Source of the DNA: Pristiophorus japonicus
Taxonomy: Eukaryota
NCBI RefSeq assembly: GCF_044704955.1
Contig: NC_091984.1
Coordinates: 27,280,001 to 27,344,000, forward strand
Length of the DNA stretch: 64,000 bases
Direction of reading: 5' to 3'
This document shows, piece after piece, positions 50,251 through 61,544 of this stretch. The notes below the pieces were generated by a model, which was not told the DNA's origin, did no database searches, and saw only the letters and a list, made by a program, of their open reading frames with translations. Within the stretch, counting starts at the first letter, position 1. Each line of letters starts with the position of its first letter. The position numbers and the translations under genes were made by a program.

Positions 50251-50385
50251 CTTGAAAGTCAACTGGAAGAGAAGCAGCAACAGTTGAAAAAACAAAAGCA
50301 CACAATATCAACTTTTCAGGAAGAGATCTGTACCAATCAAAGCAGAATTGAATCATTGGAATTCCAACTCGAGGAAGCCAGACAG
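50251..50385 (+). CDS. CCDC18: CCDC18 internal coding exon J (GC donor)
   Basis: ttaag|CTT...CAG|gcaagc; encodes LESQLEEKQQQLKKQKHTISTFQEEICTNQSRIESLEFQLEEARQ (recalled human LEAQLEKKDQQFKEQEKT...LESL). Confidence 0.85.
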
Positions 50386-50904
50386 GCAAGCTTTTATTTA
50401 AAAAAAAAAAGTTTTTATAATTCTTATTTCAACTGTATCAATCCATTGGGAAGCACACAATTATTAACTTTATAAAAAGATTTTGCATATATTAATGTTT
50501 TTAACGCACTTAAAATATAGTGGTGTGAATTGCTGGCAAGCCTGAAATAGCAGCCTTTATTTGAAGTGAGATTTTACTCATGGGCATGTGTTGTTAAATT
50601 TCTAGATAATGCTTTGTGTTTTTTCGAATCGCCTCTTAATGTACATCTGTGCTCGGACTTTTTTTTCCAGAGTCCTCTGCAAATTAACTCCACACATGCA
50701 CTGAAATGCAGCAACCGAATCAATAAATCCAGCACCCAAAAATTATAACACTGGAAAAGCTGTGGCCATGCAGACGTTACATACTAAAAGCTTTATATCA
50801 GGAAACTCTCTGCAGTGCTCTATTGGCTTTCTGAAAATACAAAACATCAGATAGGAAAAGACCATCTTGCCTGTCCCATACAGTTGTGATGCCTTAGAAA
50901 AATG

Positions 50905-51830
50905 GAAACTTGGGAAAAGGAGTAGGCCATTCTGCCTCTTGAGTCTGTTCTGCCTTTCAATTAGATCATAACTGATCTGTACTTTTACTCCATTTACCCA
51001 CTTTTGTCCAAATATCCTGGTACCCTAGCCTAACTAAAATCTATCATTGTCAGTCTTGAAAATTTTAATTGACTCTGCATCCACAGGCTTTTGAAGGAAG
51101 CAAGTTCCAGATATTCACTACCCTTGTGTGGGCATTTTCCAAAGTCTCAATATCACCCACCATGTGAGGAGAAACAAGACTGGGCATAGTATTCTAAATG
51201 AGGCTTAACCACGATCTTGCACAAGGACAAAATGGTATGCTTTGTTTTGCAATGGATAGTACTGTGAATGCAGCCCAGTATCTTATCTGCTTCAGCTATA
51301 GCTTAACGACATTGGTCGTGAACTTTTACAGAGTTATGAAGTATGTTACCAAGATCTTTTTCTTTCATCACAATCTTCACTTTGATCCTTCTAAGGTGTA
51401 AGTGCGCTTAGCAATAGTCCTGCCCACATGCATAACACTACACTTGTCCAAGTTAAATGCCATTTGCCAAACAGGGTCCCATTCCCCCACCTCATTGAGA
51501 TCGGTTTGCAGTTGTTTAGTCTCCTCCATAGTCCTAACATCTGCCTAAATCTTTGTGTCAGCAGCAAACTTGGGAATCATTCCCATCAATTAGTACTGTC
51601 AAACCTACTGAATGTTGCCTCATTTGAGTATCAAACAGCAATTGTGCCAACATCCTTGAAGGGTTCAGATTACAGTCCTCTGATAATTACAAACAATTTT
51701 AATGGTTTCGAAAGGGTATCAAACCTAACGGAAGCCATGGTGAAGGAGAATTTGTTTCAATGTCTTGATCTGATGGCTAATTCAGCTGAGGAGGAAACCA
51801 GCCAACTTGCAAATAGAAGCAGGAGAAAGC
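50905..51830 (-). mobile_element. CR1 3' UTR piece (about 50905-51130) and a very old CR1-group RT remnant
   Basis: ggagtaggccatt motif; minus-strand VKPHLEYYAQ and KFAADTK remnants. Confidence 0.55.
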
Positions 51831-52100
51831 CAAAACGTCCTCCCAGCATTTACCCTGTCGAGCCCTGTAAGACTTTTATATGGTTCAATGAGATTACCTC
51901 TCATTCTTCTAAACTCTAGAGAATATATCCTAGTCTACTCAATTTCTCTTCATCCCAGGAATCAGTCTGATGAACCTTCGTTGCACTCCCTCTATGTCAA
52001 GTATATTAATCCTTGGGTAAGGAGACCAAAACTGTGCACAGTACTCCAGGTGTGGTCTCACCAAGGCCCTGTATAATTGTAGTAAGACTTCTTTACTCCA

Positions 52101-53094
52101 GTACGCGGATGACGCCTGCGTCTGTGCACACAGAGGCTGAACACCAGTACATAGTCGCTGTATTTACCGAGGCGTATGAAAGCATGGGCCTTGAGCTAAA
52201 CATCAGTAAGACAAAGGTCCTCCACCAGCCTGTCCTTGCCGCGCAGCACTGCCCCCCAGACATCAAGATCTACGGCGTGGCCTAGGACAACGTGGACCAC
52301 TTCCCTTATCTCGGGAGCCTCCTATCAACAAGAGCAGACATTGACAACGAGATCCAACAGCACCTCCAGTGCGCCAGTGCAGCCTTCGGCCGCCTGAGGA
52401 AAAGAGTGTTTGAAGACTAGGCCCTCAAAACTGTCACCATGCTCATGGTCTACAGGGCCGTAGTAATACCCGCCCTCTTGTATGGCTCAGAGACGTGGAC
52501 TATGTACAGTAGACATCTCAAGTCACTGGAGAAATACCACCAGCGATGTCTCCGCAAGATCCTACAAATCCCTCGGGAGGACAGACGCACAAGCATTAGC
52601 GTCCTCGTCCAGGCCAACATCCCCAGCATTGAAGCACTGACCACACTTGATCAGCTCTGCTGGGCAGACCACATGCGAGACACGAGACTCCCAAAGCAAG
52701 CGCTCTACTCGGAACTCGTCCACGGCAAACGAGCCAAAGGCGGGCAGAGGAAACGTTACAAGTACACCCTCAAAGCCTCCCTGATAAAGTGCAACAACCC
52801 CGCCGATACCTGGAAGTCCCTGACCATAGACCGCCCTAAGTGGAGGAAGTGCATCCGGGAGGGCGCTGAGCTCCTCGAGTCTTGTCGCCAAGAGCATGCA
52901 GAAATCAAGCGCAGGCAGCGGAAGGAGCGTGCGGCAAACCAGGCTCCCTGCCCACCCTTTCCCTCAACAACTATCTGTCCCACCTGTGACAGAGTCTGTG
53001 GTTCTCGTATTGGACTGTACAGCCACCTAAGAACTCATGCTAAGAGTGGAAGCAAGTCCTCCTCGATTCCGAGGGACTGCCTATGATGATGATG
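52101..53094 (+). mobile_element. RTE LINE 3' fragment
   Basis: Starts at QYADDA; VYRAVVIPALLYGSETW; CPTCDRVC...SHLRTH; (tga)n tail; TSD tactcca at 52094-52100 and 53095-53101. Confidence 0.92.
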
Positions 53095-53391
53095 TACTCC
53101 AATCACTTTGTAATAAAGGCTAACATACCATTTGCTTTCCTAATTGCTTGCTGTACCTGCATGTTAATTTTCTGTGATTTGTGTACAAGGACATCCAAGC
53201 CCTTCTGAATACCAACATTTTCTAGTCTGACCATTAAAAATGATTCTGCTTTCCTATTTTTCCTTTCAAAGTGGACAACTTCACACTTCTCCACATTATA
53301 TTCCATTTTCCATGTTCTTGCCCGCTCACTTAAACCTGTCTACATCCCTTTGCAGCCTCTTTGCATCCTCCTCACAACTTACTTTCCCACC

Positions 53392-54615
53392 TCATCATCA
53401 TCGTAGGCAGTCCCTTGGAATCGAGGAAGACTTGCTTCCACTCTTAAAAAAAGAGCTCTTAGGTGACTGAACAGTCCAATACGAGAACCACAGTCCCTGT
53501 CACAGGTGGGACTGACAGTTGTTGAGGAAAAGGCTGGGTGGGACTGATTTGCCGCATGCTCTTTCCACTGCCTGCGCTTGGTTTCTGCATGCTCTCGGCG
53601 ATGAGACGCGAGGTGCTTGGCGCCCTCCCGGATGCTCTTCCTCCACTTAGGGCGGTCTTTGGCATGGGTCTCCCAGGTATCAGTGAGGATGTTGCACTTT
53701 ATCAAGGATGCTTTGAGTGTGTCCTTGAAACGTTTCCTCTGCTCACCTTTGGCTCGTTTGCCATGAAGGAGTTCCGACTAGAGCGCTTGCTTTGGGATCC
53801 TCGTGTCAGGCATGCGAACAATGTGGCCTGCCCAGCGGAGCTGATTGAGTGTGGTCAGTGCTTCAATGCTGGGGATGTTGGCCTGGTCGAGGACGCTAAC
53901 GTTGGTGCGTCTGTCCTCTCAGGGGATTTGCAGGATCTTGCGGAGACATCGTTGGTGGTATTTCCTCAGCGACTTGAGGTGTCGACTGTACATGGTCCAT
54001 ATCTCTGAGCCATACAGGAGGGCGAGTATTACTATAGCCCCGTAGACCATGAGCTTGGTGGCAGATTTGAGGGCCTGATCTTCGAACACTCTTTTCCTCA
54101 GGTGGCCTAAGGCTGCACTGGCGCACTGGAGGCAGTGTCGAATCTCGTCGTCAATGTCTGCTCTTGTTGATAAGAGGCTCCCGAGGTATGGGAGATGGTC
54201 GACGTTGTCCAGGGCCACGCCGTGGATCGTGTTGACTGGGAGGCAGTGCTGTGCGGCAGGCCAGGTTGGTGGAGGACCTTTGCCTTACGGATGTTTAGTG
54301 TAAGGCCCATGTTTTCATACGCCTCAGTGAATATGTTGACTATGACTTGCGTTCAGCCTCTGAATGTGCACAGACGCAGGCGTCGTCCACGTACTGTAGC
54401 TCGATGACAGAGGTTGGGACGATCTTGGATCTGGCCTGGACACGACAAAGGTTGAACCGGTTCCCACTGGTTCTGCAGTTTAGTTCCACTCAAGCGGGGA
54501 GCTTGTTGAGCGTGAGGTGGAACATGGCAGCGAGGAAGATTGAGAACAGGGTTGGCGCGATGACTCAGCCTTGTTTGATCCCGGTCTGGACGTGAATAGG
54601 GTCTGTAGTGGGTCC
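53392..54615 (-). mobile_element. RTE LINE 3' fragment
   Basis: YLGSLLSTRADIDDEI and LLYGSEIW motifs; (cat)n tail at 53392. Confidence 0.92.
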
Positions 54616-55064
54616 CCAAAGTTAACTTTGCATTGTCAGCAAACTAGGATACATTATACTCGGTCCCCTTATCTTAAGTCATTGATATAGATTGTAAATA
54701 GCTGAGGCCCAAGTACTGATCCTTGCGGTTCCCCACCAATTACAGCCAGCCAACTCAAAAATTAGCCGTTTATTCCTACTCTCTGCTTTCTGTCTGTTAA
54801 TCAATCCTCAACCCCCAAATCCAAATACAGCACATCCATCGGTTCCCCCTTATCTACCCTGCTAGTTACAAGCTCAAAGCTAACAGATTTGTCAAACACG
54901 ATTTCCCTTTCATAAATCCCTATTGACTCTGCCCAATCATATAATTTTCTGAGTGCCCTGTTACTACATCCTTGATAATAGATTCTAACGTTTTCACTAC
55001 TACTGATGTCCGGCAAACTGGTCTAGAGTTCCCTATTTTCTCTCTCCCATCTTTCTTGAACAGT

Positions 55065-55538
55065 CGTCTTCTTTGGCCCCCTTGTATCGAGGATGACTTG
55101 CTTCCACGCCAAAAAGGGTTGCGTTCACAGGTGTTTCAATGAGGACTTAATATTCCAGGTCCCGAACTACATCCTGAAGGGTGGAAGATGCCTGTGCGTG
55201 GATTTTTTTAAGGTGTGGTGGCCGTTGTACACCAGCCACCACACGGGCTTGACAGAGCTAGGTCTTGGTCCAGTGGCAAGGATTAACCAAGACGACTGGA
55301 GACCAGCTCTGCTGCACAGACCTAGTGCGCACACATATCGCAGTGTGAGCTGGTTCTTGCTGCCCCTGGGCCCTCGCCTCTCCTGGGCCCCGATCACGTT
55401 GCTCTGCAATCTTTCGCCACTCCTTCGCTCCGACCTCGCCATTCCTGCTGTGCCTGGCTATGCACCAGTCACAGACCTAGATTATGGTGATGCCAATCCA
55501 GTTGCCCTCTTAAAAGGAGCGGCGTGATAGCGGCCCGG
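55065..55538 (-). mobile_element. Short non-autonomous element with an RTE-type 3' end
   Basis: TSD cttgaa(c/t)agt at 55055-55064 and 55539-55548; tcgaggatgacttgcttccac resembles the RTE 3' end. Confidence 0.8.
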
Positions 55539-57084
55539 CTTGAATAGTGGGGTTACATTTACTAACTTCCAATCCACTGGGACCACTCTAGAATCTCGGG
55601 AATTCTGGACGATCAATACCAATGCATCCTCTACATCTGTAGCCACCTCTTTTAAAACCCACAGATGTAGGCCATCAGGTCCAGGGGATTTGTCAGCTTT
55701 TAGTCCCATTAATTTCTGCAGTACAACTTCTTTACTAATACTAATTTCTTTAACTTCCTCACTCTCGCTAGACCCTTGATTCCCCACTATTTCCAGTATG
55801 TTATTTGTGCCTTCCACGGTGAAGACATGCAAGGTATGTGTTTATGTCTCTGCCATTTCCTTATTTCCCCATTAAAATTTCTCCTGTCTCTGCCTCTAAG
55901 GGACCCACGTTTACTTTCGCTAATCTCTTTTTATATCTTTTGAAGCTTTTAAAATCTGTTTTTATGTCTCTTGCTACTTTACTCTCATTCTCTTCCTTTC
56001 TTTATCAATCTCTTGGTCATCCTTTGCTTAATTCTAAAATCCTCCCATCCTCAGGCTTACTGCTCTTATACTGTCTTTAACTTCTCTTTTTAGCCACGGT
56101 TGGACTACTAATCCCGTGGGGTTTTTATTCCTTTAGAGGAATGTATATTTGTTGTGAATTATAAATTAATTCTTTAAATGTTTGCCAGTGCTTATCTACT
56201 GTAATATTTTAATCTAGTTTCCCAATCTACTTTAACCAACTTGCCTCTTATACCCACGAAGTTTGCTTCGTTCAGATTTAAGACCTTAGTTTCGGGCTGA
56301 ACTAAATCATCTCAAACTCAATATAAAATTCTATCATATTATGATCACTCTTCCCGAAAGGCTCCTTTGCTACAAGGTTATTAATTAACACTTTCTCATT
56401 GCTAGATCTAAAATGGCTTGTGTCCTAGTTGTTTGCTCAACATACTGATCTAGAAAACTATCTTGAATACATTCCATGAACTCGGCCTCCGCAGTAATAC
56501 TGCAAATTTGATTTACCCAGTCTATATGACAATTAAAGTCCCCCATGATTACTGTATTACCCTTGTTACATGCACCTCTAATTTCCTGATTTATATTGTG
56601 AATGACACTACACTACTGTTAGGGGGCCAAAAAACTCCTCCCACCAGTCTTTTCTACCCCTTGTTGTTTCTTAGCTCCATCCAAACTGATTCGACATCTT
56701 GATTTTCTGAGCTAAGATCCTTTCTCTCTACTGTCTTTATCCCATCCTCTATTATCAGGGCTACCCCCCCACCCTTCTTTTCCATTTTGCCTATCTCTTC
56801 CTGGAATATTTAGTTCCCAACTTTGGACATTCTGCAACCATGTCTCCGTCATGGTTATTAGCTCAAACCCATTCATTTCTATTTGTCTGATTAATTCATC
56901 TATTTTGTTGCAAATGATTCACACATTCAGATATAGTGCCTTTAGCTTTAACTTTTTTCAATTTTTTCCCCTGATGTTACCATAGTCTCTAATGAATCTT
57001 TACCTTTGTTAAACTCTCTATCCTTTCCTGACCCACTGCTAATTTTGACCCAAATCACTACTCTGCTCTACAGAATTGACATTT

Positions 57085-57487
57085 AAGAACATAAGAACAT
57101 TAAAATAGGAGCAGGAGTAGGCCATTTGGCCCCTCAAGCCTGCTCCACCATTCAATAAGATCATGGCTGATCTGATCATGGACTCAGCTTCACTTCCCTG
57201 CCCGCTCCCCATAACCCTTTACTCCCTTATCGCTCAAAAATCTGTCTATCTCCACCTTAAACATATTCAATGACCCAGCCTCCAAGACTCTCCGGGGCAA
57301 AGAATTCCATAGATTTACAACTCTCTGAGAGAAGAAATTCCTTCTCATCTCAGTTTTAAATGGGCGGCCCCTTATTCTGAGACTATGACCCCTAGTTTTA
57401 GTTTCCCCTATGAGTGTAAATATCCTCTCTGCATCCACCTTGTCGAGTTCCCTGATTATCTTTATATGTTTCAATAAGATCACCTCT
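57085..57487 (-). mobile_element. CR1 3' fragment nested in the ORF1-ORF2 spacer of another CR1
   Basis: aagaacataagaaca tail; RRNFFSQRVVNLWNSLP. Confidence 0.85.
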
Positions 57488-58261
57488 CTTACTGCTTTTG
57501 AATTGACCCTTTCTTGAATCATCCCACTCCCCTCCTTCATTAGTTTAAAGCCCTATTTACAGCCCTAGTTATTCAATTTGCCAGGACACTGGTTTAAGTG
57601 GAGCCCTTCCCAATGGAACAGCTCCCTCTTTCCACAGTACTGGTGCCAGTGCCTCGTGAAGCAAAACCCAGGCTTCCCACACCATTTTTTGAGCCACGCT
57701 TTTAACATTCTAATCTGTTTTTACCATGCCAATTTGCGCGTGACTCAGATCACAATCCCGAGGTTATTGCCTGTGAGGTTCTGTGTTTTAATTTTGACCC
57801 TATCTCTTCAAGCTCTCAGCAGAACCTCATTCCTAGTTCTTGGTTCCTACGTGGACCACGACAACTGGATCCTTCCCCTCCCAGTCCAAATTTTTCTCCA
57901 GGCATGAGGAGATGTCCTCAATGCTGGCACCAGGCAAACAGCACAACTTTTGGAACTCCCAGTCCTGGCTGCAGAGAATAGTAACTATCCCCCTGACTAT
58001 GCAGTCCCCTACCAGTACAACATTGCTTTTCAGTCCTCCACTTGAATGGCCTCCTGTACCATGGTGCCGTGGTCAGTTTGCTCTACCACCCTGCAGACTT
58101 TTCCCTCAGCCCCACAGGCAGCAAGAACCTCGGATCTGTTGGATAAGAGCAAAAGGCAAGGCTCCTCCAGTACTGCACCTTGGGTCCTCTTACCTGCCTG
58201 AGTCACTGTCACCCCCCCGCCCCTGTTCCTGACCATTAACGAAATCTGTACCACTACCTTA

Positions 58262-61200
58262 CATAAGAACATAAGAATTAGGAGTAGGCCATTCGGCCAC
58301 TTGAGCCTGCTCCGCCATTCAATGGGATCATGGCTGATCTTCTACCTCAACTCCACTATCCCCATTTCCCTTGATTCCCTTAATTTCCAAAAATTTATCG
58401 ATCTCTGTCTTGAATATAAGACTTGAATATAACGCCCTCTGGGATAGAGAATTCCAAAGATTCACCAACCTCTGAGTGAAGTAGTTTCTTCTCATCTCAG
58501 TCCTAAATGGCCAACCCCTTATTCTGAGACTGTGAACCCTGGCTCTAGACTCCTCAGCCAGAGGAAACATCCTCCCTGCATCTACTCTGCCAAGCCTTGT
58601 AAGAATTTTGTATGTTTCAATGCGATCAACTCTCATTCTTCTAAACTCTAGGAATATAGGCCTAATCTACTCAACCTCTCCTCATAGGACAAACCCCATC
58701 CCAGGAATCAGTCTAATGAACCTTCGTTGCACTCCCTCAGTGGCAAGTATATCCTTCCTTAGGTAAGGAGACCAAAACTGTACACAACACTCCAGGTGTG
58801 GTCTCACCAGGGCTCTATATAATAGCAGTAAGACGTCTTTACTCATACTCAAGTCCTCTTGTAATAAAGGCCAACATACCATTTGCTTTCTTAATTGCTT
58901 GCTGTACCCGCATGTTAACTTTCAGTGATTTGTGTACAAGGACACCCAGATCCCTCTGAACACCAATATTTCCCAATCTCTCACCATTTTAAAAAAAAAA
59001 CTCTGCTTTTCTATTTTTTCTACTAAAGTGGCTAACTTTACATTTCTCCTCATTATATTCCATTTGTCATGTGCTTGCCCACTCACTTCGCCTGTTTATA
59101 TCCCCTTGAAGACTCTGCTACTTCCTCACAATTTACATTCCCATCTAGTTTTGTATCATCAGCAAACTTGGATATACAGGTACAACATCCTGAATCCAGC
59201 GACCTCGGGACCAAGGCCATTCCGGTTTTCTGGTTTTTCCGGATTACGGAGAAGAAATCCAACATCCCGAATCCGGCAACCTCTAGGACAATTTTCTGTT
59301 TTTTCCAGATTTCGGAGAAGAAATCCGACGTCACAGATCAGGCAACCTCGGGGTCGATTTTTGGGTTTTTCCTGATTTCGGAAAAAATCCGACATCCTGA
59401 ATCCGCCAACCTCGGCTTTGCGCATTCAGATATAGTGCCTTTAGCTTTGACTTTTTTTCTACTTTCCCTTGATGTCGCCATAGTCAGTGATGCCCTGTTA
59501 CCTTTGTTACTCTTTCTGTCCCTTTCTGACCCACTCTGCTTATTTTGACCCAAAACTCCTCTCTGCTCTAGAGCCTTGACATTTCTCTAGCTGCTTTTAA
59601 ATTTACTCTTTCCTGAATCCTCCCACCCCCTGCTTCATTAGTTTAAAGACCTGTCGACTGCCCTAGTTATTTGATTCGCCAGGACACTAGTTCCAGCCTG
59701 TTTCAAGTGGAGGCTGTCCCAATGGAACAGCACCATCTTTCCTCAATACTGGTGCATTGCCCCATGAAGCAAAACCCCTGCCTCCCACACCACTCTTTGA
59801 GCCAAACATTTAACTTTCTGATATGCTTATCTCTATACTAATTGGCACGTGACTCAGGTAACAATCCAAAGATTATTACCTTTGAGGTTCTGCTTTTTAA
59901 TTTGGACCCCAACTCCTCAAACTCTTTCAGCAGAACCTCATTCTGTTGGTTCCTACATGGACACGACAACTGGATCCTCCCCTTCCCACTCCAAGTTCTT
60001 CTCCAGCCGCAAGAAGATGTCTTTAACCTAGCACCGGGCAGGCAACACATCCTTCGAAACTCCTGGTCACGGCTGTAGAGAACAGTATCAATCCCTCTGA
60101 CTATATTGTCCCCTACCACAACTACATTCCTTTTCTCTCCCCCACCCCCCCCGCCTCACTTGAATGGCCTCCTGCACCATGGTGCCAGTCAGCCTGCTCA
60201 TCCATCCTGCAGGCTTTTCCCTCATCCACACAGGCAGTAAAAACCTCATTCCTGTTGGATAAGGGCAAAGGCTGAGGCTCCTATAGTACTGCACCTGAGG
60301 TCCCCTTAACTGCCTGAGTTGCAGTTACACCCTCCTGTCTCTGACCACTAACCAGACCTGCACCACTACTTAACCTAAGGGATGTGACTGCCTCCTGGAT
60401 CAAAGTGTCCAGGTAACTCTTCCCCCTTCCTGATGCCCCGCATTGTCTGCACCTCAGACTCCAGCTGAACAACTCTGAGCTGAAATTCCTCAACATGCAG
60501 GCACTTACTGCAAACATGGTTGTCCAGGATCACAATGCACTCCACAAAACTCCCACATGCTGCAGTTGCGGCACACCACCTGCACTGCCATTCCTATATG
60601 ACCTTGTTCTATTTAATTAAATGCAATTAAATTTGTATTCGTGTAACTTCATTTACAGTTTAGCTCCTTGACTTCTTAATTGATCTGGATTAAGTAATGG
60701 GTCATGAAATTAAATATCTACCTGTAAAACAAAGCACTACAAATAGTGTGGACAAAAAGCTGCAACTCCTTCCCCCTCTTGTACAACTTCTACCGACCCA
60801 ATACTTACCAGAAATTCCCACTCTTTCTAAATTCCCAAATAGCCACTCTTTAAATCCACTCTGCAGACCACCTAAGAGGTGTGACTGCCTCTTGGATCAA
60901 AGTGGCTAGGTAACTCTCCCCCTCCGTGATGGCATGCAATTTCTGCACCTCGGACTCCATCTCCACAACTCTGAGCTGAAGTTCCTTCAGTTGGAGACAT
61001 TTACTGCAGATGTGGTTATCTGGGAGTGCGATGCTCTCCACAAACTCCCACATGCTGCAGTTGAGGCACACATCCTGCACTGCCATCTTTATATAACTTT
61101 GTTTTGTTTATTTAATTAAAACTAGAGGCTCCTTTTTAAACTGCTCAGGTTCCAGTTCTTTTACTCTGCTTTGCTCCTTGTTCATTTATTAGCGCCTTTA

Positions 61201-61540
61201 TTTTATTATTTACTTAACTCATTTATTATTTATATATGTCGGGTTTTAATTTAATGAAAATTCGTAACGCTTTAATGATAGTATCTTCTACTTAGTTCAT
61301 TATTTTATCCCTCTAGATCTGATTAATTAATTAAACACTAAACTTAGTTATGAAATAAATTAATTATATAATTAAGTCAAGTATAATTTATCACTTAGAT
61401 GTAGTTCATCGGGCTCCGCCGCTCCTCTGATGTCACTTTCAGATTTAGAAATTTTTTTCAGATTCTTCCCTCCATCACAGAGGGGCCTCTGCTCTCCGCT
61501 CCTCTCGCACTTCATGACCTCTGATCTCCGCTCCTCTCGT
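58262..61540 (-). mobile_element. CR1 with probable 5' UTR, ORF1 (zinc finger/leucine zipper plus esterase) and internally deleted ORF2
   Basis: CLNCSMWE...HICSKCLQLKELQLRV, VGDNIVRG, RT C-terminus and 3' tail; the endonuclease-to-RT middle is missing at 59177-59415. Confidence 0.8.
59177..59415 (+). repeat. One end of a Tc1/mariner-type MITE with four subterminal repeats (about 64-77 bp period)
   Basis: TA|caggtacaacatcc matches the 18033 TIR; units resembling acatcc(c/t)gaatcc..caacctcgg at about 59182, 59260, 59325 and 59390. Confidence 0.75.
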
Positions 61541-61544
61541 GCTT

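Larger units (their letters stand above)
51835..58260 (-). mobile_element. Long decayed CR1 (same subfamily as 926-4580) carrying four nested inserts
   Basis: Collinear ORF1 esterase, endonuclease and RT segments resume after each insert. Confidence 0.85.

Noticed and set aside
59177-59415. CRISPR-like repeat/spacer array
   Set aside because: Vertebrate context, degenerate repeats, mutually similar spacers, no cas genes, and it starts at a MITE TIR.
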